Virus genome (UHGV): UHGV-1352483
DNA length: 64,000 nucleotides
Reading direction: 5' to 3' (one strand)
From: a virus
The translations under genes were made by a program, and so were the position numbers. Under the pieces are notes generated by a model. The model made no database searches, had not been told where the DNA came from, and saw nothing but the letters and a program-made list of their open reading frames with translations. Positions 1 through 10,376 of the stretch are shown piece after piece (the stretch's first letter is position 1; each line of letters opens with the position of its first letter).

Positions 1-3000
1 CTGAGGATATTACAAGAGAGGATGTTGAAGATAGTTTTCAGGAGGAACTGGACTCTGGTGCACTTGAAGAACATGAAAGAGAGTATTGGCAAATAGGACA
101 GAGACAGATATCAGCAAGGTCAAGCTTAAGTGGGGAAATAAGAAGAACCTTTGAGAGACTGAAAGCAGTTGATTCTGATGGAAATCCCATTAAGGATAAA
201 TATGGATTCGGGTTTGATACTTTTGTAGATGCAGGAACTGCTGTAAATGGTATCCTTGATTGGGTTAAGGAAGCTACCACCATGAAAGAAATGGAGGATA
301 TTCTTAAAGAAATGGCTCCTTCCTATCCTTGGTTGAATGCTATTCTTGATAAGATACAGGATGAGCCTTTCAGGTCTCAGTTCTTTCAGAATTTCAGAAA
401 GGATTTTACCCAATACAGCATTATTACTGTAGAATATGATGAAAAAGGAAACAGGAAATATGTGACCAATATCATTAATACCAAAGGGGCTACAAAGACT
501 ATATTGGATAATGTCCAGACTGTATTTAAAGAAGGTCTTATGCCTAATCTTATTATCCCTATCAAAGGGGATATAGAAGGAAGGGGAAGAGTAAATACTG
601 ATAAGGTTGAACAGCTAAAGGAACTAAGAAACAGTATAACTTCTAAGTTAAGGGATGCCTTTACCAATCAAAGGGTATTCCGTACTGCTATCAATAATGC
701 TGTTCCTGATATTACTTCCTTACTTAACCAAATAGGCATAGAGGTTACTCCTGATTCTATAAGGTCTGCCCTTAGCAAGGATGCTTACTTCAAGCAACTT
801 ACAAGTGCTAAATCCACTAAGATACTTAATGAAGTCTCTTATTTATTAGACACCTTACTTGATAATAAGGATAATCAAACTTACAATCCTCTCGAGAAAG
901 GAGCTGAAGGCAATATATATGGAAACTATCGTAATATAGTCAGGGAGTTATCCAGATATATACAGGACAGCATAGAATCTTCAACATATGAGAATGGCAA
1001 GATGCATTATTCATTTGTTACTCCTTCATACATGGGAAAGCTAATTCTTAATCTGAAAGATGCTCTTGGAAACAGAGATAAGTTCAGGGATTTCATGCAG
1101 GAAAATTATGGCAAGTATAGATGGTTCAAGGATGGTAATACATGGAATAATGAATGGTTACAGCTCATAAATGATGATACAAATATGAGACAGGCTCTGG
1201 AGCATAAGGTACAGTTATCTTTTGATAAAACTCCCTATACTGACTTGAGTGAAGTAGGATATACTCTGTCAATGATGAATGAATACTTCTATGATAAAGC
1301 AAAGAAATACGCATGGTATAGAGTACCTATTCTATCAAACAAACCTTCATCCGAGTTCATAAAGTTCAAGAGATATAGTGGTAAGAATTATAAAAGAAAC
1401 ATTACTGCTGGTCTTAAGAAAGTCATGAATCAGGAGATATTAAGAATGAAGACTGCTTTGGAAAGAGCATCCAATCCTGATATTGAATCAATCTCTAACT
1501 TCGATATAAGTAAGAAGGTTCTCAATAAGAATCCTAAACTTGCTGAGAAGATAGCAAATAAGGAAGTATTGACCATTGATGATTTGGTAAAGGATGGAAA
1601 ACTTGTTCTTGAAGGCAGTGGGGCTGAATTCAAATTCCTTAGTGCCTTAAATCAAAATATCATCAACAAGGATGAACTTGGAATGATGATTGTTAATAAG
1701 CTCAATGGAATTGAAGTTGATGAAGTAGCCTTTGATACAGCTTTCCAATATGCTGTTAACTCCTACATGAATGCTATGGTAGCTTCTGAAATGAGACAAT
1801 GGGGAGAGATAGGATTATTTGATACTGAAACTATCACTAAGTATGTAAAGGGTAAAAAGGAAACTGAGGAAAGGTATAAGTATATTTCACAATTTGGCAA
1901 GACTGATGAGGAAATTCAGGGTGCATTGGAAGAATATATATGGAATGATATGTTTGCTACAATTAATATAATTGAGCTTACAGCTACAGACCTTGCATAT
2001 TACAAGAATGTAGAAGACTTCCAAAAGAGGTATGCACAGGTTCATTCTCCTGCAATGAGGTTGAATACTGAGGCTAAAGATTCTAAAGGTGCTCTTTACT
2101 CAAAGGATGGAAAAACAAGAACTATCTATGTTGCTGATAATATAGTTGTTTCTGAAATCATTCCTAATGTGGAGGCTGTACTTAATAATAAGATTGATTC
2201 TATAACAAACCCTACTGAAAAAGCTCATATGAGAATGATGAAGGACTTGATAATTTCTTCATTTAAAGGAATAAATGTAGCTGACGCCCAAGGTTATTCT
2301 TCCCCTACTTCTTATAGAAAGAAAATGGGAATGAGTGGTAAATGGGATGATAGTATGGAAGAAGCTTATGACAGAATTAAGAAAGGAAACTTCAATGTTA
2401 ATGACCTGGGAGTTGTATGGCAACCACTTAAGCCTTTTGTATATTCTCAGATAACTAAGGAATCAGGAGCAGAATCAATGGTTAACCTTAAAGTTCCTGT
2501 TCAGAATAAGAACAGTGAATATCTTCTTATATTAGCTGATGCTATTACAAGAGGAGGAAATAAGGTAAACAGGCTTACTGCTATCTTTGATTTCATGGAA
2601 GATTCTGCATATGATGGCAGGATATCAGAAAATGGTAAGGTAATCAAGGAGGGTACTTACAATGGTATAGGAATTGATACAGTGCAATTTGAGTCCTCAG
2701 TTAAATCAGGTAAGATGGGAGTCATTGATATCAACGACCTTGAATCTTATGAAGATATAAAGAGTGTACTTAATGAGGCTACTTATTTTGATTCAAGTAA
2801 AATGGAAGTAGAAGAGAATGGAATGGACAGATATAATGACCAGTATATTCACACTATTCCTTTTGAAGACTATGGAATACAGCAGGAAGTGCCAGCCCAC
2901 TTGATTGACCATAATCAGCTAATGGGTTCTCAAATGAGAATATTAAGTATAAGTGACATTACTCCTGGTACTATATTCAAGATAGGAGACAGGGAAATGA

Positions 3001-6000
3001 AGGATGCTGAACTTGTAGACACTTATCAGAAGCTGATAGCAGACAATGTAAGGGACAGTTTTGATAAACTTATGAAAGCCCTTAAGATTGAGGGAACTAA
3101 AGTCGAAAGGAATCAGGCTTTGTCAAAGTTACTTACAGAAGCTATTCAGAAAGACCAAAGGTATGGAGCTGATTTACTCAGAGCATGCTCATTAAATGAG
3201 AATGGGGACTTTGTAATTCCACTAAGTGACCCTATACAATCTGTAAGGATTCAACAACTGATTAATTCTATAATCAAGAGTAGAATCAATAAACAGACTA
3301 TTAAGGGTGGGCCGGTTGTTCAGGCTTCTGTATTTGGACTGTCAGATGATTTAAATATCAGATGGAAAGATAAGAAAGGTAATCTTTTGAAAACAAGACA
3401 GGAGTTTATGAATGAACAAGGTGAGAATTTCACAGATGAATCCTATAGCAAGTATGTACAGGACAATCAAGACTCTGTAGCTTACTTTGAATGTTATATG
3501 CCAATTCCTTCTTCTGCACTTGAGCAGGCAATGACAAAGGCTGATGGCTCAATTATGTCTATTGAAGAGGCTGTTAAGGAAGGTATAATTCCTGATGAAA
3601 TGAGAAAGGCAATAGGATATAGAATCCCTACCGAGGATAAATACTCTATGGCTCCCTTATATATCAAGGGTTTTCTACCTAAAGCAGCAGGAGAAGCTAT
3701 AATGCTTCCTAAAGAAATAACCCTATTAAGTGGTTCTGACTTTGATATTGATAAAATGTATGTAATGCTAAAAGAATTTCAAAGGAGAGATACTACTAAC
3801 TGGGGATTACTTAAGAAGGATATTTTAAAGAATATACCAGAAGGAGTAAGAAAGAAAGAAGCAATAGATAAGCTTGATATAGCTATTGATATGATTAGAA
3901 ATGGCAATATCTCTTTTGAAGAAGAGAGCTTTGAAATGTCTGTCTTTGATTATTATCAAGACCATTTGAGCAGATATAATAGATTTGAGTTTATTCAGAA
4001 AGGAAGTGATAACATAGGAGAAAGAAACAATCAGATATTTGATTTACAGTGGGCTGTACTTACTAATGCAGATACAATGGATAAGATGTTCAATCCAGGT
4101 TCATTTGATGTACAGAAGAAGAGTGCAAGAATCATTGAGATTCTGAAGGCTACTAATAAGTATTCATATGAGGACTTATCCAAGATGAATCTGAACCAGC
4201 TTGATGAAATCTCAGAATCTACATCAGGAAGGAATATAATATTTTCTACAACCCAAGCATATTTCCATAAACAGAATATGACAGCAGCTAAGTTGATTGG
4301 TATATTTGCTAATAATAACACCAGTCATGCTTTTCTTTCCTTGCAGGATATATACCTTAAACCAGGAAAAGATTATAGTTTTACATTTAATGGAGTAACT
4401 GTAAGTGATTCTGAGAATAATAAGATTGATGCTTTGGTAGGAAAGGATGGTACTTTGATTAGTAAAACCATTGCAGGATTCCTAGCAGCCTCTGTTGATG
4501 CTGTAAAAGACCCTGTATTGAACTTTATGAATCTTAATACATTTACTGCTGGTTCTGCAATGACTTTAGCAAGGCTTGGATTTGACTCTGACAGTATAGG
4601 AATGTTACTTACCCAACCAATAATTGAGAAAGTGACAAGAGAATACTTTAAGAGGAACAATGAAGGATATGCTTCTGCTGATGATATTATACAGGAGGAA
4701 CTCAATCTCTTGCAGGAAGTTGAAGGTATAGATTATAGAAGATTGAAGAAGGATTTGGTTAATACAGATTTTACAAAAGAGGAATTGTCTAATGGTATAA
4801 CGAAAGGGGATATGGGAACTGAATTCCAAGTTAGGGCATTATTGCTCTTTCAGAACTTAGCTACAATATCTCAGGATTTAAATACCCTTACTTTCCTTAC
4901 TAAGTTTAATTCTGTAACTAATGCAGTAGGCCCTATGATTGCTGATACCCTTGTTATGAGGGAAAGGTATAATAAGTTCCTTGATAAGATGGAAACTAAT
5001 CCATTATTCAGTGGAAATGCTGCAAGAGTAATAGATAATTCTCCTATACTTGAATCATTCTATGATACAACTGTATCGGATATGGGGGCTTCAAGAAGAA
5101 TATTTGAAGGGTATTTTCCTCATTATTCCAGTGCTTTTTCTACTATACTTGATAGATTAAGACAGACTACTAAGGCAAACTTAGACAGTAAAACTATCAA
5201 TAAACTGGCTAATGACTTTATCTTATACAAACTTACTATTGGAGACAATCCTGTTCTTGATTCAAATTATCAGGTAAGGAATGAATTTATAAATGGGTTT
5301 GTAGAGAGATTCAAAAAAGAAGCATCAGGTATTATAGATAATGATTTGATAAAGGTCATTACTTTAAAGGGAAGGGATAGTAAATGTCCTGTTCCTACAC
5401 TTGAGGCTAAGACAGGCGGTTATACTATTGATGTACAGGAAAGAGTTAAGGATGGTTGGAGTACATTGATATCCAATCCTGCTACGAGGAAACTTGGAGT
5501 AGAATTATTCTTCTATAATATGTTCAGGAGCGGGTTCAGCTTCAGTCCTAAAACATTTATGCACTTGGCTTCTGTAGATGTCAAGCAGGCAATAGAAGGA
5601 TATGTGGAAAATCTTAGGAATCCTGAGTTTAATGATTCGTCTGTTATAGCTGATGAATTCCTTAATCAGTATCGAAGAAACCATACTCAGGACTTCAGGA
5701 TTGTACCTAAATTCTCAGAGAATAAATATGTTAAAGTTACTGAATCAAAGAGTGTAAGTAAGGAGAAGATTATTACCTTTGCATTTAATAAGAATAAGGA
5801 AGGGATGAACAGTATTATTGTAAAAGACAGTAAGGAAGGAACTGTTTATGCCCCTGTTATTACTTATAATGATAGAGTATATATGAATCCTGTTGATGAT
5901 GGCAGTTCAGTAAGTTACACAGAGACTACTTCTCTTGGAAATCCTAATAACTTCCTGGAATATAATGCTGGTGAAGGTACGGGAATAAAATCTGTAATAG

Positions 6001-6281
6001 GTCAAACTACTGTAGCAGACAAGCAGGAATACAATTCATTATCCAATGATTCCATAGAGGAAGCTGATAAGCCTCAAGAGGATACAGCTCTAACCCCAGA
6101 GGAACAACATTATGTAATGAATGAAGTATTTGCTCCTGAGGAAGCTGCATCAATAATGGGTATGACTTCTGATGAAGCAGCTCTTGAGAAGTTTACAGAA
6201 CTCCTTTCAAAGTATGCAGAAGCAGAGTCTTCAAATCAAGCTAAGGATAAACTAAAGAAAATACTACGTAAATTGTGTTAA
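1..6281 (+). CDS. Giant virion-associated protein, 5'-truncated by the window edge. Candidate crAss-like virion RNA polymerase (vRNAP).
   Basis: The reading frame is open from nt 3 with no stop, so it continues upstream of the ORF-track start at 282. The product exceeds 2090 aa. It contains SGSDFDIDKMY (nt 3738-3752), which resembles the Dx(D)xD metal-binding motif of double-psi beta-barrel RNAPs as I recall it for crAss-like gp66-type vRNAPs. A protein of this size next to other giant genes is typical of Crassvirales. Confidence 0.5.
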   Translation, partial: EDITREDVEDSFQEELDSGALEEHEREYWQIGQRQISARSSLSGEIRRTFERLKAVDSDGNPIKDKYGFGFDTFVDAGTAVNGILDWVKEATTMKEMEDILKEMAPSYPWLNAILDKIQDEPFRSQFFQNFRKDFTQYSIITVEYDEKGNRKYVTNIINTKGATKTILDNVQTVFKEGLMPNLIIPIKGDIEGRGRVNTDKVEQLKELRNSITSKLRDAFTNQRVFRTAINNAVPDITSLLNQIGIEVTPDSIRSALSKDAYFKQLTSAKSTKILNEVSYLLDTLLDNKDNQTYNPLEKGAEGNIYGNYRNIVRELSRYIQDSIESSTYENGKMHYSFVTPSYMGKLILNLKDALGNRDKFRDFMQENYGKYRWFKDGNTWNNEWLQLINDDTNMRQALEHKVQLSFDKTPYTDLSEVGYTLSMMNEYFYDKAKKYAWYRVPILSNKPSSEFIKFKRYSGKNYKRNITAGLKKVMNQEILRMKTALERASNPDIESISNFDISKKVLNKNPKLAEKIANKEVLTIDDLVKDGKLVLEGSGAEFKFLSALNQNIINKDELGMMIVNKLNGIEVDEVAFDTAFQYAVNSYMNAMVASEMRQWGEIGLFDTETITKYVKGKKETEERYKYISQFGKTDEEIQGALEEYIWNDMFATINIIELTATDLAYYKNVEDFQKRYAQVHSPAMRLNTEAKDSKGALYSKDGKTRTIYVADNIVVSEIIPNVEAVLNNKIDSITNPTEKAHMRMMKDLIISSFKGINVADAQGYSSPTSYRKKMGMSGKWDDSMEEAYDRIKKGNFNVNDLGVVWQPLKPFVYSQITKESGAESMVNLKVPVQNKNSEYLLILADAITRGGNKVNRLTAIFDFMEDSAYDGRISENGKVIKEGTYNGIGIDTVQFESSVKSGKMGVIDINDLESYEDIKSVLNEATYFDSSKMEVEENGMDRYNDQYIHTIPFEDYGIQQEVPAHLIDHNQLMGSQMRILSISDITPGTIFKIGDREMKDAELVDTYQKLIADNVRDSFDKLMKALKIEGTKVERNQALSKLLTEAIQKDQRYGADLLRACSLNENGDFVIPLSDPIQSVRIQQLINSIIKSRINKQTIKGGPVVQASVFGLSDDLNIRWKDKKGNLLKTRQEFMNEQGENFTDESYSKYVQDNQDSVAYFECYMPIPSSALEQAMTKADGSIMSIEEAVKEGIIPDEMRKAIGYRIPTEDKYSMAPLYIKGFLPKAAGEAIMLPKEITLLSGSDFDIDKMYVMLKEFQRRDTTNWGLLKKDILKNIPEGVRKKEAIDKLDIAIDMIRNGNISFEEESFEMSVFDYYQDHLSRYNRFEFIQKGSDNIGERNNQIFDLQWAVLTNADTMDKMFNPGSFDVQKKSARIIEILKATNKYSYEDLSKMNLNQLDEISESTSGRNIIFSTTQAYFHKQNMTAAKLIGIFANNNTSHAFLSLQDIYLKPGKDYSFTFNGVTVSDSENNKIDALVGKDGTLISKTIAGFLAASVDAVKDPVLNFMNLNTFTAGSAMTLARLGFDSDSIGMLLTQPIIEKVTREYFKRNNEGYASADDIIQEELNLLQEVEGIDYRRLKKDLVNTDFTKEELSNGITKGDMGTEFQVRALLLFQNLATISQDLNTLTFLTKFNSVTNAVGPMIADTLVMRERYNKFLDKMETNPLFSGNAARVIDNSPILESFYDTTVSDMGASRRIFEGYFPHYSSAFSTILDRLRQTTKANLDSKTINKLANDFILYKLTIGDNPVLDSNYQVRNEFINGFVERFKKEASGIIDNDLIKVITLKGRDSKCPVPTLEAKTGGYTIDVQERVKDGWSTLISNPATRKLGVELFFYNMFRSGFSFSPKTFMHLASVDVKQAIEGYVENLRNPEFNDSSVIADEFLNQYRRNHTQDFRIVPKFSENKYVKVTESKSVSKEKIITFAFNKNKEGMNSIIVKDSKEGTVYAPVITYNDRVYMNPVDDGSSVSYTETTSLGNPNNFLEYNAGEGTGIKSVIGQTTVADKQEYNSLSNDSIEEADKPQEDTALTPEEQHYVMNEVFAPEEAASIMGMTSDEAALEKFTELLSKYAEAESSNQAKDKLKKILRKLC

Positions 6282-6282
6282 T

Positions 6283-9200
6283 ATGTCAAAAGCATGTGTA
6301 TGGATACCTACTGTAGAAGTAGATGGTAAAGAAGTAGAAAGCAGGTTATACAAAGACCTGCTTTCATATACTGGGAATAGAGAGTCCACAAAATACTTGT
6401 GGGCTCTTGCCCAAATACCTGAGTTTACAAGCCAACTCAAGGGTATAAAGAGGGATGGAAACGGTGAAATAACATTCGATAGCTTTAATAAGGCTATCAA
6501 TGTAAAAGATGTACTTGATGGAAAGACTTCTCTTGTAGAGGAAAAGAAATCGTTGGATGCAATAAATGATAAAGGAAACCCTATTGTACACAAGGATATT
6601 ACCAATATAATTGATAAGGTAATAGACTTTAATATGAAGGATGAAAACAAGGAACTTGTTGCTGATGTTCATAAAGTGGATGATGGATATACAATATCCG
6701 TTGACTATAAAACTCCAGAGAATTCTGAGGTTCCCAATACTCTTATGTTCAATAATTCCCTAAACAATAAGCTGCTTGGAATAATGAACAGGTTAGGTTT
6801 TACAGCTAAAGTTGATGATAATCTGACCTATAATGGAATATTCAATCCCTTAGATACTGATAACACTGTTGATGGGCTTAGGACTGTAATAAAGGTAGCT
6901 AAAGGAGAAAGAGGAGAAGAAGCTTTTCCTGAAGAATTCAGTCATTTTATTATTGAAGGATTAGTCAGTCAACCATTAGTTGAAAGACTCCTGAATTCAC
7001 TGAATGATGATGCCGTATTACAAAGAATACTGGGAGAAAACTATGAAGCTTATAAGCAACAGTATAATGGGGATAGATTCATGCTTCAAAAGGAAGCAGC
7101 AGGTCAATTACTTCAATCCCATATTATAAAAGAAGATGTTCCCGTATCAAAGAACTTAGTATCCAGATTATGGAATTGGGTTAAGAACAGGCTATCAAGG
7201 CTCAATGAATCTGATATTGACAGAGCCATAAGGGAAGCTAATGAAGGCTTTGCTAAGTTAGCCAGTAAGGTTAAAGATGAATCAATACTTTCCTTACTTG
7301 ATGGAGTAAATATGCTAAATACCAAGCCTCTATATAGTTTAGGAGGAGAAGTTGACAAACTACAGAATATAGCAGAACAAGCCCTTGAGGTAGCAAGTAG
7401 AAGGCTTAAAATTATACAATCAAGAAGTAAGAATGGTAAATACAGTGAGGAAGATTTGGCATCAATAAAGAATCTCCAAGACCTGATTTCAAAGAAGAAA
7501 TATGCCAAGAGTGCTTTGGCTTTTCTTACAGATAGCTTAGTTCAGATTGAACAACTTGACAAACAACTAAACAGACTTAAAACAGCTGATGTCCGCGAGG
7601 ATTCAGACCTTGGAAAGATAAGAAAGACCAGTTCTATATTGAGGAACATTAAAGAGTTTTCTGATGCATATGCTCCAATCATACAGGATATGATGAGTAT
7701 AGGAGCTATGCAAAAAAGAGGAGATATAGATTTATCAGAGGAAGATGCAGAGGCCATAAGCAACAGGGCAGCAGATATATTCAAGATTATAAATGATGTT
7801 GCCTCAAATTATAAGGAACTTAGATTCAATACAGTATATAATTTCCTTAAATTATATTGGGGAGAAGATAAGATAATTGACTCTGGAAAAGATAAAGGGA
7901 AAAGAGTAACTCTTGAGATGCTAATGGAAATGGCTCAAAAGGATATTAACGGGCTAGACAGATGGATAAGTTCATTGAGTGATGCCTCAGACCCTCTTTT
8001 ATCAGTTATAGATAAGAGTGTAAAAGTATCCCATGCTAACAGAGATAGAATCCTTGAGGATGTACTTGCAGATTTAAGGGGAGTACACACTAAACTAAAG
8101 GATGCTGGATTTGGTACAGACTTTATGTATGAAAGGGATAAGAACGGTAAACTTACAGGAAGGATTATCAGTGACATTGATTTTATAAGATTCAATGAAG
8201 AAAGGCAACAGTATATTGATGAACTTAAGAAAGAAGGGCATGAATATTATGTTATCAAGTCTAAGGTTGAAGCTTGGGAAAGGAAAAGAACTGAGGCTGT
8301 ACTGATAGATGCAGAAACAGGGAGAAAGGAAATACTTCCTGCCAAATCCTTATATGGAACTAATACCCTTAGTAAGTTAGCTCCTGCACAAAGAGAATAC
8401 TATGATGCTATGATAAAAACCAAATCATTCCTTGATAGTTTGCTTCCATCAAGATATGTAAGCACTTATAATGCAGTACAGATAAGGAATGATATTGTTG
8501 AAGCAGTAGCAGATAATATAACAGACCCAAAGAAAGCTGCAAAACTTGTAATTTCAAACTTGAAAGATAAATTTGTAAGAAGGTCTGATGATACAGAATT
8601 TGGAGAAAGGCTTGATAAAGAGCAGAAGGTAATGTTGGACTTCTCAGGAAATCCTGTTGAAAAACTTCCTGTATATTATACAAGGCAGTTGGAGGACTTG
8701 GATAGATTAAGTACAGACTTTACTTCAAGTATATTGGCTTATGCAGGCATGAGTATCAATTACCATGAAATGAATAAGGTAGTTGATGTACTGGAACTTG
8801 CAAGAGACCTAGTTAAAGACAGACAAGTACAACAGGTATCAGGGGATGCTAAGTTGGTTGAAGCCTTTAAGGTAGTACATAAGAAATTCAGTAAGGCTTA
8901 TACAAAGCCAGGAGAAAGAACCAACATAGGTGACAGACTTGACGATTATTATGCTTCTGTATTATATGGAAAGAGTAAAAGGGATGAGGGTACTGTCAAC
9001 ATATTCGGACTGGAAGTTGAAGCAGCCAAGCTGCTTGATGAAGTAAAGAATTACACAGGAGCTGTAGGACTGGGATTAAATCTATTCTCAGCTATAAGTA
9101 ATGTTACAATGGGTAAAATGCAGATATTCATTGAGGGAGTAGGAGGAGAATACTTCAATCTTAAAGACTCTGCAATAGGCAAGAAGAACTATTATGCCCT

Positions 9201-10278
9201 GTTACCTCATTATTTAGGGCAGCTTAATGCTACCTATAAGACTGATAAAATGAGTCTTCTTATTGATAAATTTGATGCCCTTGAGGAATTCTACGGAAGT
9301 CTAAGGAGCAAAGGATATTACCAGAGTGCCATTTCAAGGATAATGGGAGAAGCCAATCTGTTCATCCTTAACAATATGGGAGAGCATTATCTTCATACAA
9401 GAACTATGCTTTCAATGCTTAATGCTTACAAAGTAAAGAATAATGTAGGAAGGGAAATAAGTCTGTTTGAAGCCTTTGAAGTTGAAAAGAAAGGCAAAGT
9501 AGGAAGACTTAAAATCAAGGATGGGGTAACTAAACTTGATGGTAGTCCTATAACAGAGGCAGATATAACTGACCTTAAGTTAAAGATAGGCAAAGTAAAC
9601 CAATCATTGAATGGTGCATTCAATTCTGAGGATAAAGGAGCCATACATAGGTATGCTTTAGGAAGATTGGCAATGCAGTTCAGGCAATGGATGCCAGCCC
9701 ATTATTATAGAAGATTAGCCAAGCCATACTATGATGCCCAATTAGACCAATGGAGAGAAGGATATTATAGAACACTAGGAAGATTCTCAATAAACCTTAT
9801 AAGGGATTTAAAGAGAGCCAAGTTTGAATTAGGTACAAGATGGAATGAATTAAGCCAGCATGAAAAGGCAAATATGAGAAGGTCAGGAGCTGAACTTGCA
9901 ATGTTCGCTATCCTTACATCCATTATAGGTTTAATGGCTTCTGCAAAGGATATGAAAGGAAACTGGTGGGAAAGGATGGCTCTTTATCAATTAAAGAGGT
10001 TAAAGTTAGAGGTAGGGGCATCAATACCAATTGCTCCTGATTTTACCAGTAACTTAATGACTATATTACAGAGTCCATCTGCCTCAATAAACTCTTTCAA
10101 TAATATTATGAACCTTGTAGAATTCTGGAATATGGGTAATGAGCTTGAATCAGGAAGATACAAGGGCTGGACAGAATATGAAAGGGATTTAGTAAATGTA
10201 TTCCCTATCTATGGACAGATAAGAAAACTTATTGACATAGGGGATGAAGATTATATGTTTAATATATTTAACCAATAA
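6283..10278 (+). CDS. Giant hypothetical protein (1331 aa). Candidate virion cargo or ejected protein co-transcribed with the vRNAP-like gene.
   Basis: Uninterrupted 4 kb ORF that starts 2 nt after the upstream stop. No motif I recognise. It ends at the bidirectional terminator. Confidence 0.8.
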   Translation: MSKACVWIPTVEVDGKEVESRLYKDLLSYTGNRESTKYLWALAQIPEFTSQLKGIKRDGNGEITFDSFNKAINVKDVLDGKTSLVEEKKSLDAINDKGNPIVHKDITNIIDKVIDFNMKDENKELVADVHKVDDGYTISVDYKTPENSEVPNTLMFNNSLNNKLLGIMNRLGFTAKVDDNLTYNGIFNPLDTDNTVDGLRTVIKVAKGERGEEAFPEEFSHFIIEGLVSQPLVERLLNSLNDDAVLQRILGENYEAYKQQYNGDRFMLQKEAAGQLLQSHIIKEDVPVSKNLVSRLWNWVKNRLSRLNESDIDRAIREANEGFAKLASKVKDESILSLLDGVNMLNTKPLYSLGGEVDKLQNIAEQALEVASRRLKIIQSRSKNGKYSEEDLASIKNLQDLISKKKYAKSALAFLTDSLVQIEQLDKQLNRLKTADVREDSDLGKIRKTSSILRNIKEFSDAYAPIIQDMMSIGAMQKRGDIDLSEEDAEAISNRAADIFKIINDVASNYKELRFNTVYNFLKLYWGEDKIIDSGKDKGKRVTLEMLMEMAQKDINGLDRWISSLSDASDPLLSVIDKSVKVSHANRDRILEDVLADLRGVHTKLKDAGFGTDFMYERDKNGKLTGRIISDIDFIRFNEERQQYIDELKKEGHEYYVIKSKVEAWERKRTEAVLIDAETGRKEILPAKSLYGTNTLSKLAPAQREYYDAMIKTKSFLDSLLPSRYVSTYNAVQIRNDIVEAVADNITDPKKAAKLVISNLKDKFVRRSDDTEFGERLDKEQKVMLDFSGNPVEKLPVYYTRQLEDLDRLSTDFTSSILAYAGMSINYHEMNKVVDVLELARDLVKDRQVQQVSGDAKLVEAFKVVHKKFSKAYTKPGERTNIGDRLDDYYASVLYGKSKRDEGTVNIFGLEVEAAKLLDEVKNYTGAVGLGLNLFSAISNVTMGKMQIFIEGVGGEYFNLKDSAIGKKNYYALLPHYLGQLNATYKTDKMSLLIDKFDALEEFYGSLRSKGYYQSAISRIMGEANLFILNNMGEHYLHTRTMLSMLNAYKVKNNVGREISLFEAFEVEKKGKVGRLKIKDGVTKLDGSPITEADITDLKLKIGKVNQSLNGAFNSEDKGAIHRYALGRLAMQFRQWMPAHYYRRLAKPYYDAQLDQWREGYYRTLGRFSINLIRDLKRAKFELGTRWNELSQHEKANMRRSGAELAMFAILTSIIGLMASAKDMKGNWWERMALYQLKRLKLEVGASIPIAPDFTSNLMTILQSPSASINSFNNIMNLVEFWNMGNELESGRYKGWTEYERDLVNVFPIYGQIRKLIDIGDEDYMFNIFNQ

Positions 10279-10314
10279 TATAGTTTTTCATTAGTTTAGT
10301 TAGTTTATGGACAA

Positions 10315-10356
10315 TAAAAAAGGAGGTAGCTTAATTGCTATCTCCTTTTTTTTTTA
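10315..10356. terminator. Bidirectional rho-independent terminator between the convergent + and - gene blocks.
   Basis: A6 run, then stem AGGAGGTAGC / GCTATCTCCT (one G-U pair) with loop TTAATT, then T10. It reads as hairpin plus U-tract on both strands. Confidence 0.75.
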
Positions 10357-10376
10357 TCTCAAGATTTAAGTATTGG

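Noticed and set aside
38-667. Minus-strand ORFs (81, 95 and 93 aa) at the window start.
   Set aside because: They lie entirely inside the open frame of the giant + strand gene and are antisense artefacts of AT-rich coding sequence.
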